Part shown: positions 13,463 to 26,307 of the stretch, in pieces
How positions within the stretch are numbered: the stretch's first letter is position 1
Layout: every line of letters begins with the position of its first letter
Origin: Octopus sinensis
Taxonomy: Eukaryota
DNA length: 64,000 nt
Reading direction: 5' to 3'
NCBI RefSeq assembly: GCF_006345805.1
Contig: NW_021835979.1
Location: forward strand, 9,763-73,762
Notes under the pieces: generated by a model
The model's database searches: none
Told to the model about the DNA's origin: nothing
What the model saw: only the letters and a program-made list of their open reading frames with translations
Translations under genes and position numbers: made by a program

Positions 13463-13540
13463 AACCGAATGAGCTGGCCTTACTGAAGATGGCTACGGAA
13501 ATAGTCGAAACTGGCCGGTCAGTCTAAGGAATTCTCGGTT
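13463..13540 (+). ncRNA. Type I hammerhead ribozyme, complete catalytic core
   Basis: Stem I cctta(13478-82)/taagg(13525-29); CTGAAGA(13483-89)+t; stem II ggcta/tagtc; GAAA(13507-10); stem III actg/cagt; cleavage triplet GTC ending 13524; distal stem I aaccga/tcggtt. Confidence 0.85.
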
Positions 13541-13759
13541 CGGTGTTCGGGGCCACTGCAGCCCCTTCGTACTTTGTAACGTCACTGGAACATTTGAACT
13601 CCTATTTTTTTGCATTGTAGGTGTTATTCACACCTTTAGTCAAGTTTAGTTGAATATAATTTTCCTTTACGGTATAACATTGCAAACAGCTGCTTTTATT
13701 ATGTTATATATATATATGCTTCCACGTGTAGTTTCTATTTTCTTTTTGTAACATATTTC

Positions 13760-13805
<46 letters not shown>

Positions 13806-14010
13806 GTGAGAAGTTGGTGTGTGAAGCACGTGGTTGAATATTAGAAAATAGTAAAAAGTGAAAAAACTATGTCATTGTATGAAAAAAATTTCTAACATTC
13901 TTCAGACATATTGACTCAAATATATATTTTTTAACCTTTTAAAACAAGCCTTCTGTAGTTTTTTCACTTTTACTATTTTCTCTCTCTCCTCTCTCTCCTC
14001 TCTCTCTCTC

Positions 14011-14096
<86 letters not shown>

Positions 14097-14117
14097 TATA
14101 CATACATATATATATAT

Positions 14118-14150
<33 letters not shown>

Positions 14151-14161
14151 CATACATACAT

Positions 14162-14208
<47 letters not shown>

Positions 14209-14802
14209 TTATGTATATTTTACGTATTGAGTTCTATTTCTCGTTTGTTTCACTAACAAAGACACCTAGACACACATATATACTAAAGCACACACATATA
14301 GATACATACACATTGTCATTAATGTACGTATATGTGTGTGTTTGTTTGTCATTAATGTATGTATATTTGTGACTTTACTGCGATATGCAAGCATCATTGA
14401 TTACATAATAAAGTATATATCTACACACATACACATTACGTACCCCCCCACCACAATATAGTCACGCACACGCGCGTGCACCCCTCATGCATATATAGAC
14501 ACGCACATTCAAACATATGTGTACGTTGAAATACGCTAAACTTACATAAAATGGCAGACGGAAGTGAGGATGGAACGGATACTAGCTACACAATTGTAAT
14601 GAGGATTTGTAATTTTCCCTATATTTAGTAACAGACAGTAACATCTCTGCTGGTATTAGGTTCCAGGAAAGACTTGACATTTCTCCTTCCGTTGTTGACT
14701 TTCTCATAATGGCCATTCCATCGCATTGTTTGTTATAATAAACTGGCATTATAATTCTCTAGATTTCCAGTGTGTGCTCTTCGTGTGTGTGCGTGGGTGT
14801 AC

Positions 14803-14840
<38 letters not shown>

Positions 14841-14942
14841 ATGCGCACCTGTGTGTGACTATGCGTCTGTGAGTTTTTACATGTATGTGTATTTGTGCGT
14901 GTGTGTGTGTGCAGGCGTATCTACGTATGTATAAGTGCGTGC

Positions 14943-14978
<36 letters not shown>

Positions 14979-15194
14979 TGTGCTAAACTTTATGTGCATA
15001 TATAACAGTGTGGTGTATTTATGCCTCTCTCTTTGGCTGTGTATCTCTCCATATGTGAGTGTTACATGTGTGAAACGTTATGGGAATGTAATTGAGTGAT
15101 GTGTGTGTGTGTGGTGTGTGTGTGTTCTGCCTCTTTCTTTGGCTGTGTAACCGTGTTTGTGTGTGAGTGTGTGCGTGTGTGAAAGGATGTGTTC

Positions 15195-15229
<35 letters not shown>

Positions 15230-15462
15230 CCTACGTTACAAACATGCGTTTGTGAGTATGTACTCAGATGAGCAAGCAAATATGTGTGTGTATGTGTATT
15301 CAACATTATTGGTCAGTAGTTCTCACCCATTTTTTGACCATGGACCCCTTCGATTCTTGTTTTACTCAAGGGTGCGATGTCTAAAAACTATTATATTTTT
15401 ATGATTAAATATTATTAGGGATTCTATCAAAAATGTTTAAATATTTTGTGTTTTTATGCGCT

Positions 15463-15761
15463 CTTTTCAAACCTAACCAGGCTCATGGGTCTGGTTTCCT
15501 GGTTTCTGTGGCGTATGTGTTCCCTCCCAGCTGGACAGGACGCCAGTCCATCGCAGCGTTACTCAAGAAACAGGAAGAAAGAGTGAGAGAAAGTTGGGGC
15601 GAAACAGTACAACAGGGGTCGCCACCACCCCCTGCCGAAGCCTCGTGGAACTTTCGGTGTTTTCACTCAATAAACACACACAACGCCCGGTCTGGGAATC
15701 GAAACCGCAATCCTCCGACCGCGAGTCCGCTGCGCTAACCATTGGGCCATTGCGCCTCCAC
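15463..15761 (-). mobile_element. Chimeric SINE: family A head (15566-15761) fused to family D2 tail (15463-15565)
   Basis: The A sequence stops at ...CTTCCTGTTTCT and continues TGAGTAACGCTGCGATGGACTGGCGTCC..., matching the neighbouring D2 copy. Confidence 0.85.
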
Positions 15762-15770
15762 ACTGCTCCC

Positions 15771-15975
15771 TTTTAAAGCCTAGCCAGGCTCATGGGCCCG
15801 GTTTCCCGGTTTCAATGGCGTATGTGTTCCCCAGCTGGACGGGACGCCAGTCCATCGCAGCGTTACTCATCTTTTCCAGCTGAGTAGACTGGAGCAACGT
15901 GAAACGAAGTGTTTTGCTCAAGAACCACAATCTTACGATCATAATGCTGACACCCTAACCACTAGGCAACGCGCC
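15771..15975 (-). mobile_element. SINE family D2 (tRNA head, CORE-like segment, CTGCGATGGACTGGCGTCCCGTCCAG domain)
   Basis: Head ggggcgcgttgcctagtggttagggtg and central gttcttgagcaaaacacttc. The tail motif resembles the Meta/V-type SINE domain (from memory, unverified). Confidence 0.75.
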
Positions 15976-16209
15976 CCCCAAATATTTTGTGTATTGTAGA
16001 AATATAGCCAATTAATTGTACATAAATTTTAACAACAAAATCTTTTATTAGAAAATTACTATTTTTAAAATCGCACAACATGAGATATTCAGCCACAGTA
16101 CTTTGTAGTAAAGACTGTTTGCCAACATAACATGGCAGTCCTAAACCAGAACTGCCATGTTATATTGGTAAACAATCTTTACTACAAAATCTTATATGCC
16201 CTCAACCAC

Positions 16210-16361
16210 CAAAAATAATAAACAGGGAACACCACTAGAAAATGCTAAAAGAAGCAGCACATATGCTAGGACACAACAACCTCCTAAGCAGACCGAGTGC
16301 AGCTATGAATAGCATATGGGAACCGATATTAAGGAAGAATAGGAGAATATTAGATTTATAA
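16210..16361 (+). pseudogene. Penelope-like element GIY-YIG endonuclease C-terminal remnant
   Basis: Translates KIINREHH*KMLKEAAHMLGHNNLLSRPSAAMNSIWEPIL, matching the typical PLE GIY-YIG end (R-K-x-KEA-x-H...N-R...IW.PI). Confidence 0.6.
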
Positions 16362-16389
16362 GCCCCAAAATTCACTCCATAATTGCTCA

Positions 16390-16455
16390 CGGGCTTATGG
16401 CGTAGAGGTTAAGAGGGCTAATAACCCCAAGATTCCGAGTTCGATTCCAGGCAGT
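16390..16455 (+). mobile_element. Short tRNA-derived SINE-like head followed by (GAT)/(AAT)n
   Basis: A-box tggcgtagagg, B-box gagttcgattcc; no complete cloverleaf. Confidence 0.5.
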
Positions 16456-16513
16456 GAAAATGATGATGATGATAATAATGATAATACTAATAATAATGAT
16501 AATAATAATAATG

Positions 16514-16574
<61 letters not shown>

Positions 16575-16763
16575 CAACAGCAACATCGAAAAGTACCCAG
16601 GTTCGAAATTTAACAACAAATATCCGTTAAATAACGTACATAATTCCCCATCTCTTCAATATAGAACTATATAGAATGGGTTCTGACACATAGAAAATAG
16701 TAAGCAATTCACGTATGCACACACATGCATACATCCACACACATATTCACATAATTTCCCCGA

Positions 16764-16809
16764 GACACCTGATGAAGGCTGGAGGGTATATCAGCCGAAA
16801 CGTTGTGTT
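16764..16809 (+). ncRNA. Minimal type I hammerhead ribozyme of Penelope pLTR type
   Basis: gacac-CTGATGA-a-ggctg(gagggtatat)cagcc-GAAA-cg-TT-gtgtt. Palindromic ACGT stem III, GUU triplet. Confidence 0.7.
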
Positions 16810-17149
16810 AACAACAAACAAGATGAGGACAAATATCCCTCAAATGTAAATAATGTAAATAAGGGACTTCATTGATATAATTGTGTGTGTGTGTGTGTGA
16901 ATGCTATTACATTTGTTACGATTGTACGTATGTATGTTTATGCAACTGTATAATCTCCTTGGTGGCTTCACATCTTTATGCGTATCGGTGAGTGTGTGAG
17001 TGTGTACTGATGCGTTTGTGAACGACCGTGATGGTGCATACGGTATCAGTTCACGTCTTAGTGTATGGTCGTTTGGATACATGTTACTATCGAAAATATG
17101 TGCCGAAGGGCATTTATATGTAATTGTCTCAAATGACATGTTGGTGTAT

Positions 17150-18575
17150 TGCTACCATTGACGGCATCGGTTGCGAGGCATTTGTATATATATCTCAATT
17201 TATGTTGTATGGCTGTGTTTGTATTGGTACATGCCACTGTTGTAGGCGTGAATCGTCGTGAAAAACGCCGGTATCGATGTCCCTCAAAAGCAAGAAAGGA
17301 CAATAGAAACGCATGGCCAGCGTTCAAGAAATTCTGTGCAGCAAGCGAGTTGTGAAATAAGAAATATGAATTTCAAAATCAAGCTAACATCGCATTCTGA
17401 AGCGCTGACATTCGAGAAATTACATTCCAAGAATATTTTATACTCACTGTGGAGATGATCTGCACCGGCGATTGCAGTTCTGCGAATGGTATTTGGCAAA
17501 ATGTGTAGAAGATATACACTTTCCAGCAAAGATTGTTTGAAGAGATGAGGTTGCATTTAAATTAAATTGCTCAATTAACCGCCACGGTTGCACTTACAAT
17601 TTCTTGGTAGGTTCAAGAACTTGAAAATCAGCATATTACAGGGGGGAAGTCATGTTAAGTATATATAGGAGCACTCCGTCGGTTACGACGACGAGGGTTC
17701 CGGTTGATCCGAATCAACGGAACAGCTTGCTCGTGGAATTAACGTGCAAGTGGCTGAGCATTCCACAGACACGTGTACCCTTAACATAGTTCTCGAGGAG
17801 ATTCAGCGTGACACAGAGTGTGACAAGGCTGGCCTTTTGAAATACAGGTACAACAGAAATAGGAAGAAAGAGTGAGAGAAAGTTGTGGTGAAAGAGTACA
17901 GCAGGGTTCACCACCACCCCCTGCAGGAGCCTTGTGAAGCTTTAGGTGTTTTCGCTCAATAAACACTCACAATGCCCGGTATGGGAATCGAAACCGCGAT
18001 CCTATGACAGCGAGTCTGCTGCCCTAACCACTGGGCCATTGCGCCTCCACCATGTTAAGTATAGGATACAGTATGGTGCAGTCACCAAAAGGATTAATTA
18101 GACCATTCGTTTTTCGACGAACTGCGACAGGTTCCATTTACTTGCCCTTTCTGCATCTACCTGTCATGTTAAGTATTGAAGAGGACTTTGAAGATGTGAA
18201 GTTTTATTTCCAGCAAGATGGAATATAAGGGCGGCTTATCTTCATAAGATTTTGTCAAAGAGATGAGTTAGTCGAGAGATTCATACGCTGGACCTTACAC
18301 CACAATACTTTCTCTATGGGAATACTTAAAAGGTAAAGTTTACGAAGCGGGCAGCAGTCGATGAAATGAGGGTGGACATTGAATGAAAATACGCACATGT
18401 ACCGAAAGAAATGCCTTTTGATGTTTGCGATTCAATTGCTTTACGTTATTAGCAGCGTCTGGACCAGAATGGCCATAAATTTGAAGACGTTTTTAAAAAC
18501 ATAAAAATTTTGTCTGCAGATTCTACTAAATTTTCGTGTATACATTTTTGGGGGACACGATGTATATGTACAATC
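17150..18575 (+). mobile_element. Decayed Tc1/mariner-superfamily (Tc1-like) transposon, interrupted by SINE A
   Basis: Fragments DLHRRLQFCEWYL...IV*RDEVAFKLNCSINRHGCTY, FYFQQDG and LWEYLKGKVY; 3' TIR-like ttttgggggacacgatgtata. 5' end uncertain. Confidence 0.8.
17664..18050 (-). mobile_element. SINE family A, full length
   Basis: TSD catgttaagtata at 17651-17663 and 18051-18063. Confidence 0.95.
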
Positions 18576-19944
18576 ATTGATAAACAAAACTTAATATATG
18601 CTATTTTATGAAATTCTAATCTATACAAGCATTAGTTTTCCTTTCAGCTTGTGTGTATATTTACGTGCGTTTTTGTGTTAATCTCTGTGAGTGTGTTTAT
18701 ATACATACACACACATACAGATATATGACTCTATGTGTGTATGTATTATATTAGATATGCGTGCATGAATGAGTCTGCTTTTACTCTGTGTGATGTATTT
18801 TTATATGTGTATGTTTATGTGGATTTAGATAAGGAGAGTCTTCAGGGTGAAAGAGTTGTATCCACAACACAGGCGCATGCGCGCGCACACACGCATGTAT
18901 GCACACATGTACATACACATGAACACACATACACACTGGCAGAAGCATAAACTCCAAAGCCAAACAACAATACAAGGGTGACATAAATTATCATTATAAT
19001 TATTATTACTATTATTGTTGTTGTTATTATTATTATTATTGTCATTGTTATTATTGTTATTGTATGCCAAATCTCAATAAATATATAAGGCGGAGAGATA
19101 ATCAAATTGTTAGCGGGGTTGTCATATCGTAAGTTACATCTTGTTGTGAAGATATCAATCTATTGGCGTTAAATGGTAAAAATTCTGACATGGGAACCGT
19201 TTTCCTTTTGAGACAATTGTTCATAATGCCGATTATAGCATCACTGTTTGTTATCAGTTGTTTTGAAACGTGCCGGGTGGGTTAACAGGAGAAGTAAATT
19301 CGGGTAGATTGAAATAGATGCAGTGGATGATAGGAAGAATGCTGGTAAACAACACGGAAGATTAGAGTACGAAAATGAACGGTAAATATTCTACTTTACA
19401 CCATGTCGCTTAGGCTTCACTTCAAGCCAACATATATACACACAGATAGGAAGGTAAATGGATAGATAGATAAACAGACGACAGATAAATTAATAGATAG
19501 CTAGCTAGATAGATAGATACATATATAATCATACATACACACGTACAGGAAAGCCTAAATGCGTACATACATTACGCATGTAAATGCAGGCATGAAGATT
19601 GCTTCATTCTTGTCAGATGGGAGCTGTTTCATTAATCATTGCCCAGCCAGTCGTGGCCTTTTGTGAGATACAAAATAAACAAGATGAAGTGATGAGACAT
19701 CACTTCATCTTGTTGATGAAGGATTATGGTGGCATACGCTTGTAGGATACGTACGGACTCTCTCGGTAGCCATTGTTAAATATCCAATGACAAACAAAAG
19801 CAAGAGGATCAGAAATTATTTCACTGACGGGTTTTATATCAAAATGCATACGTGTGTGTGTCTGTTTGTGTGTGTGTGTGTGTGTTGTGTGTGTTGTTGT
19901 ACGTATCTCATGCTGACATTCTCTCTCTCTCTCTCTCATGCTCA

Positions 19945-19988
<44 letters not shown>

Positions 19989-19989
19989 A

Positions 19990-20416
19990 TCTTTTACTTG
20001 TTTCAGTCATTGACTGCGGACTGCGGCCATGTGGAAGCACCGCCTTTATCGAGCAACTCGACCACAGAACTTATTCTTTTGTAAGCCCAGTACTTATTCT
20101 ATCGGTCTCTTGCCGAACCGCTAAGTGACGGGGACATAAACACACCAGCATCGGTTGTCAAGCAATGCTATGGGGACAGACACAGACACACAAACACACC
20201 ACGCATACATACATATATATATATATATAATATATATATATATATATAATATATACGACGGGCTCTCTTCAGGTTCCGTCTACCAATCCACTCACAAGCT
20301 TTGGTCAGCTCGAGGCTATTGTAGAAGACACTTGCCCAAGGTGCCACGCAATGGGACTGAACCCGGAACCATGTGGTTGGTAGACAGGCTACTTACTACA
20401 CAGCCACTCCTGCGCC

Positions 20417-20417
<1 letters not shown>
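19990..20417 (-). mobile_element. SINE family C (~410 bp, CORE-like segment, internal TA/CA microsatellite), full length
   Basis: Head AGGCGCAGGAGTGGCTGTG, tail ...ATGACTGAAACAAGTAAAAGA. Confidence 0.9.
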
Positions 20418-20461
<44 letters not shown>

Positions 20462-20947
20462 CGTACATATATAAAACAATCTGGAATTTTGTATCAGATT
20501 ACTATGATATCATACATGTGTATGCGCGCGCGCGCGCGTGTGTGTGTATACGAATTTGAATATTCTCACGAACAGACTCACATGGGTTCGTCCTTGAAAT
20601 CGTGTTATAAATGAGCTGCTTTATAAAAGTTAGTTTCCATATCAGTGATATCAGGTATTATAAACATTAACTCGAGACAGGAAAAGCACCATGCCCTCTA
20701 CGTGTACTAGGACGTCATCGATTACACCATGAAATACCAACAATCTACGTTTCGCCTGTGTAAACTTTTTTCACTTACGGGTTCCATCCATCTCCTTTCT
20801 TTTGCTTCAGTGGCTTGTCGTAAGATCAGGCTATCATAGCTTGTACTAAGGGAGCTCTCGCTGACAAGCATTTTATCAACTCTAGTGAGACGCTGGATTC
20901 AGTTATGTTTTCTATACTTTTCCATCACGTACTTACTGTTATCGCCT

Positions 20948-21332
20948 GTGGAGGCGCAATGGCCCAGTGGTTAGGGCAGCGGACTCGCGGTCATGGGATC
21001 GCGGTTTCGATTCCCAGACCGGGCGTTGTGAGTGTTTATTGAGCGAAAACACCTAAAAGCTCCACGACGCTCTGGCAGGGGTTGGTGGTGATCTCTGCTG
21101 TACTCTTTCACCACAACTTTCTCTCACTCTTACTTCCTGTTTCCGTTGTACCTGTATTTCAAGGGGCCGGCCTTGTCACTCTCTGTGTCACGCTGAATAT
21201 CCCCGAGAACTACGTTAATGGTGCACGTGTCTGTGGAGTGCTCAGCCACTTACGCGTTAATATCACGAGCAGGCTGTTCCGTTGATTCGGATCAACCGGA
21301 ACCCTCGTCGTCGTAATCGACGGAGTGCTTCC
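20948..21332 (+). mobile_element. SINE family A, full length
   Basis: TSD tactgttatc at 20934-20943 and 21336-21345. Confidence 0.95.
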
Positions 21333-21648
21333 CTCTACTGTTATCTCCCATAACACCCACTCAACTCTTACGCAGGTAATACCAACCTTTATTCCTCCCC
21401 TATTTTTCCATCCCTAAGTGTCTTTCATACGAAGACTTGACATCTTACGTCAAATCTACACGGACTTCATGAACAAAGACCTTAAGAACATCTTTCAATG
21501 CGATCATGCAAATTTTGTCTCCTTCAACAGCCTAGAAGGGAAGATAATCGTTTTACATATCAAGAAAAATCACACTTCATCTCATTTAGACATAAGCAAT
21601 ACTGAACCAGGACTTACGGGTAAGCTTCAAATGTCATGCCTCAATATC

Positions 21649-21880
21649 TATTTCTTTATTACCCACAAGGGGCTAAACATAGAGGGGACAAACAAGGACA
21701 GACATAGGTATTAAGCCGATTACATCGACCCCAGTGCGTAACTGGTACTTATTTAATCGACCTCGAAAGGATGAAAGGCAAAGTCAACCTCGGCGGAATT
21801 TGAACTAAGAACGTAACGCAGACGAAATACCGTTAAGCATTTCGCCCGGCGTGCTAACGTTTCTGCCAGCTCTCCGCCTT
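21649..21880 (-). mobile_element. SINE family B1, full length
   Basis: Reverse complement of the B1 consensus; the tail abuts GATATT. Confidence 0.9.
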
Positions 21881-22192
21881 TATCACTGAGGGTCTATCTG
21901 GATGAACGCACAATCTCAACATAGTAAAGATTGCTCTTCAAACGTTAATCTTACTTTACAGGACACATTAACAACAAACTTTCCACAAACCGCAAGTGAA
22001 TCCCACAATTGAGTACTATTTCCACATCTGGGATGTTACTGTTGCTATCCACACTGACATCCTAGGTGGACGTTTTGAGGAAAACTGCTCGACTGATAGG
22101 TTAGGAGTCACTCACAAATACACTCCACCTTCTACTTCACAAACATGTTCTAGCTTCGTTTGGCCTTTTCTATCGCTGCTATAATCAGTGCA

Positions 22193-22577
22193 GTGGAGGC
22201 GCAATGGCCCAGTGGTTAGGGCAGCGAACTCGCGGTCATAGGATCGCGGTTTCGATTCCCAGACCGGGCGTTGTGAGTGTTTATTGAGCGAAAACACCTA
22301 AAAGCTCCACGAGGCTCCGGCAGGGGATGGTGGTGATCCCTGCTGTACTCTTTCACCACAACTTTCTCTCACTCTTTCTTCCTGTTTCTGTTGTACATGT
22401 ATTTCAAAGGGCCGGCCTTGTCACACTGTGTGTCACGCTGAATATCCCCGAGAACTACGTTAAGGGTACACGTGTCTGTGGAGTGCTCAGCCACTTACAC
22501 GTTAATTTCACGAGCAAGCTGTTCCGTTGATTCGGATCAACCGGAACCCTCGTCGTCGTAACCGACGGAGTGCTTCC
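22193..22577 (+). mobile_element. SINE family A, full length
   Basis: TSD ataatcagtgc at 22181-22191 and 22578-22588. Confidence 0.95.
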
Positions 22578-23354
22578 ATAATCAGTGCTGTTCTTCGGAG
22601 CTGGCTGGCCTCGTGCAACTTCCACTCAGGCATTCTTGACCTCACTCACCTTTTCTCTCAAAACTATTGTGCCCAACCTCAAAGGCTCCGAATTAATCAT
22701 TACATTTCGACTTTTCTTCTCAAAGCTTTGAACCCTCTGAAATTGCACTCCCGCCCCATCATATGTATTTTGTTATGGTTGTCGATTTTCGACTTACAGC
22801 AGTTTAAGAGGGACGTTAAATTGATTGAATGTCATCCTTCTCGGAGGATCTGCGAACGCTAAATCAATGGCTTCAAATTTCAGCACAAAGCCAGCAATTT
22901 GAAAGAAGTGAGCTGGTTACATGAACAAGCATGTGCAACAGATAGTTATTTTATAGACATCGGAAGGATGGTAGTTAGAGTCGACCTCGGCGGATTTTAC
23001 TCTCAGAACGTAAAGAGCCGGAAGAAACGTCGCCAAGTATTTTGTTTGCCATACTAACGATTCTGCCTGCACGGCGCCTTCCCAGACTAAATTAATAAAA
23101 ACAAAATTAAGTTATGAACATTTTATTACAATAAACTAAAACTACTTCCACAAATATATTTTGTTTTGCAGATTTTTCTTTCTCTCGGTTCCAGTATGTA
23201 GTTATTCGACTACTGTATAATATAACGGGAAGCTTTATGAAAATAGACAAAAACGAAGGCAGGTTTACGGAAATAAACAAAAGAACGAAGGCAGGTGGAA
23301 AACAAACAAACAATTGTATTAGTATGGCGCTCAGGAAATATAAATAAAACAAGT

Positions 23355-23389
23355 CTTAACGTTTCGAGCCTACGCTCTTCAACAGAAAG
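23355..23389 (-). ncRNA. Minimal hammerhead-like motif with variant core (CUGUUGA)
   Basis: Reverse complement: ttt-CTGTTGA-a-gagc(gtag)gctc-GAAA-cg-TT-aag, inside a repeat shared with ~40740-40900. Confidence 0.55.
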
Positions 23390-23709
23390 ATACACAGAGA
23401 GAAAAACAGAAAGAAGAGAAAAAAAATGCGTGCAGAGGCTAGCGAATCAATTAAAGTTTGAAATAGAAGCTTAAAAAACAATATAAATGGAGGCATATAT
23501 GAAGTTCGGTTACGTGAAAAGACCCGGTGCTCTTTTCCCGCACAGAGCATTGACACAGCGTAAATGAAAAACATTTTGTATGCCTAGTTATGATTATATT
23601 CTTATTTAAATTTGATCATAACTTTGTATTTTACATATCACATAAAAACACATCCATATGCGCGTATATATATATATGAATAAATATGTGTGTGCATGTA
23701 TGCATAATG

Positions 23710-24045
23710 AAGGCGCATGGCTCAGTGGTTAGAGCGTCGGGTTTACGATCATGAGGTTGTGAGTTCGAATCACGGACCGGGCTGCGTGTTGTGTTCTTGA
23801 GCAAGATACTTTATTTCACGTTGCTCCAGTTCACTCAGCTGTAGAAATGAGTTGCGATGGCACAGGTGCCAAGCTGTATCGGCCCCTTTGCCTCTCCCTT
23901 GGATAACACTGGTGGCGTGGAGAAGGGAGACCGGTATGCATGGGCAACTGCTGGTCTTCTATAAACAAACTTGCCCGGACTTGTGCTTCGGAGGGTAACT
24001 TTCTAGGTGCAATCCCACGGTCAGTCATGACCGAAAGAAGTCTCA
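23710..24045 (+). mobile_element. SINE family D1, full length
   Basis: A-box tggctcagtgg, B-box gagttcgaatc, CORE-like gttcttgagcaagatactt. The tail differs from D2. Confidence 0.85.
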
Positions 24046-24100
24046 GCATGCATGCATATATATATATACATGTATTTGTATATCGTTATACTTCAGACAT

Positions 24101-24466
24101 GGATGGAAGCACTCCGTCGGTTCCGACGACGAGGGTTCCGGTTGATCCGAATCAACGGAACAGCCTGCTCGTGAAATTAATGTGTAAGTGGCTGAGCACT
24201 CCACCCTTAACGTAGTTCTCGGGGATATTCAGCGTGTGACAAGGCCGGCTCTTTGAAATACAGGTACAACAGAAACAATAAGTAAGAATGAGAGAAAGTT
24301 GTGGTGAAAGAGTACAGCAGGGATCACCACCATCCCCTGCCGGAGACTCGTGGAGTTTTAGGTGTTTTCGCTCAATAAACACTTACAACGCCCGGTCTGG
24401 GAATCGAAACCGCGATCCTATGACCGCGAGTCCGCTGCCCTAACCACTGGGCCATTGCGCCTCCAC
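24101..24466 (-). mobile_element. SINE family A with small internal deletions
   Basis: TSD acttcagacat at 24090-24100 and 24467-24477. Confidence 0.95.
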
Positions 24467-24730
24467 ACTTCAGACATACATATGCATACATATACATTCA
24501 TGCATACATACATTTAGAGTTGTGTGCATATATGCCTGTCTGTAAATACATACATACATATAAACATAGATACATACATATGGATAATATTTATTTTTTA
24601 TTTTTAACTTGTTTCAGGCATTAGACAGCGGCCATGCTGGGGCACCGCCTTTAAGAATTTCAGTCGGACTAATCGACCTCGGTACTTACTTTTTTAAAGC
24701 GTGATACTAATTCTATCGTTCACTTTTGCC

Positions 24731-25132
24731 GTGGCTGTGTAGTAAGTAGATTGCTTACCAACCACATGGTTCCGGGTTCAGTCCCACTGTGCGGCACCTT
24801 GGGCAAGTGTCTTCTACTATAGCCCCGGGCCGACCAAAGCCTTGTGAGTGGATTTGGTAGACGGAAACTGAAAGAAGCCCGTCGTATATATGTATATATA
24901 TATATGCGTTTGTGTGTCTGTGTTTGTCCCCCTCGCATTGCTTGACAACCGATACTGGTGTGTTTATGTCCCCGTTACTTGGCGGTTCGGCAAAAGAGAC
25001 CGATAGAATAAGTACTACTGGCTTACAAAGAAAAGTCCCAGGTCGAGTTGCTCGATTAAAGGCGGTGCTCCAGCATGGCCGCAGTCAAATGACTGAAACA
25101 TGTAAAAGAGTAAAAGAGTAAAAGAAAAGAGT
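24731..25132 (+). mobile_element. SINE family C, abutting an inverted C tail fragment (~24605-24730)
   Basis: C consensus from GTGGCTGTG to the (GTAAAAGA)n tail. Confidence 0.88.
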
Positions 25133-26271
25133 ATATGCATACTGCCATTGCCGAGCTATAATGCTTATGTATATTTTTCTACATGTACTCGCATGCATTT
25201 ATGAATATAAATTTGCAATTGTGCGAATAGTGAACACACTCATCTTACGGAAAGCTCATACAGGCCCTGCACAAACCGTTCCATTTCGACCTTTTCCACT
25301 CACTCACATACATATACACACACAATCACATGCTTATAGTGATGCATATGTGTGTCTTTATGAATATGTGTACGTACAATTTCTTTTCTCTTTTCATGTG
25401 GAGTGTCTGTGTGTATATGTATGCATTTATATGTATATATATATATATATATGTGAGTGTGTGTGTGTGTGTATGTGTGTGTGTGCGTGTCTGCATGTGT
25501 GAATGCATGTATGTATTCACATCAAGTCCAGTTAGTATATATAGATGCGGGCAGATGTTGAAATGTATTAATTCCCCTTCCACAGACACCCATTCAGGCC
25601 CAATACTTTATCTCACCCACTCCTTACATCATCATCTACCCTTTAACCACTTATCATTTACTATCTATCAATATCTGACGCCCTTATCAATCAAACATTT
25701 ATATGACAGACTCCTTCTACAATTGGAGTCGAGCGATGGCGGTTAGGCAAATCAAGGGAGATAATCTCTTTGCGTTGTCGGTCGTCTGCTTTTTACAAAT
25801 TGTGCCATCAGTCCAATATTTATCTTTCGTTCATCTTGGTAAAATCAGTCATTCGATGGTGTAATCTCTCCCCACCTCTCTCACCATATATAAATAACCA
25901 ACCCCTCTCTGTTTGTCTCTCCTCTCTCTCGGTCTCTCTTTCTCCCTGTATCTCTTTCCCTAGTGTTATCGTCCAATCTTTGTGTATCACACCCTGTCGC
26001 AAATGTTTTTTTTCATGTAACTGGAAAATGTTTGTTGAGTTTGACTAGATATTGGTGACGTTAATCATCAATAAGTATGCTTACACGTGATGATGATGAA
26101 GATATTGATGATGATAATGAAGATGATGATGATGATAATGATGTGTGTATGTGTGTGTGCATGCGTGTCCATATGAACTATGTGTGTGAGTAAATATATT
26201 ATATGTGTGTGTAAATATATATGTATCTGGTATGTATATCTATGTATATACTACATACATACACACATACA

Positions 26272-26307
<36 letters not shown>

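Noticed and set aside
21350-22870. Possible further LINE remnant between SINEs
   Set aside because: It looks like decayed coding sequence, but no diagnostic motif could be read with confidence.
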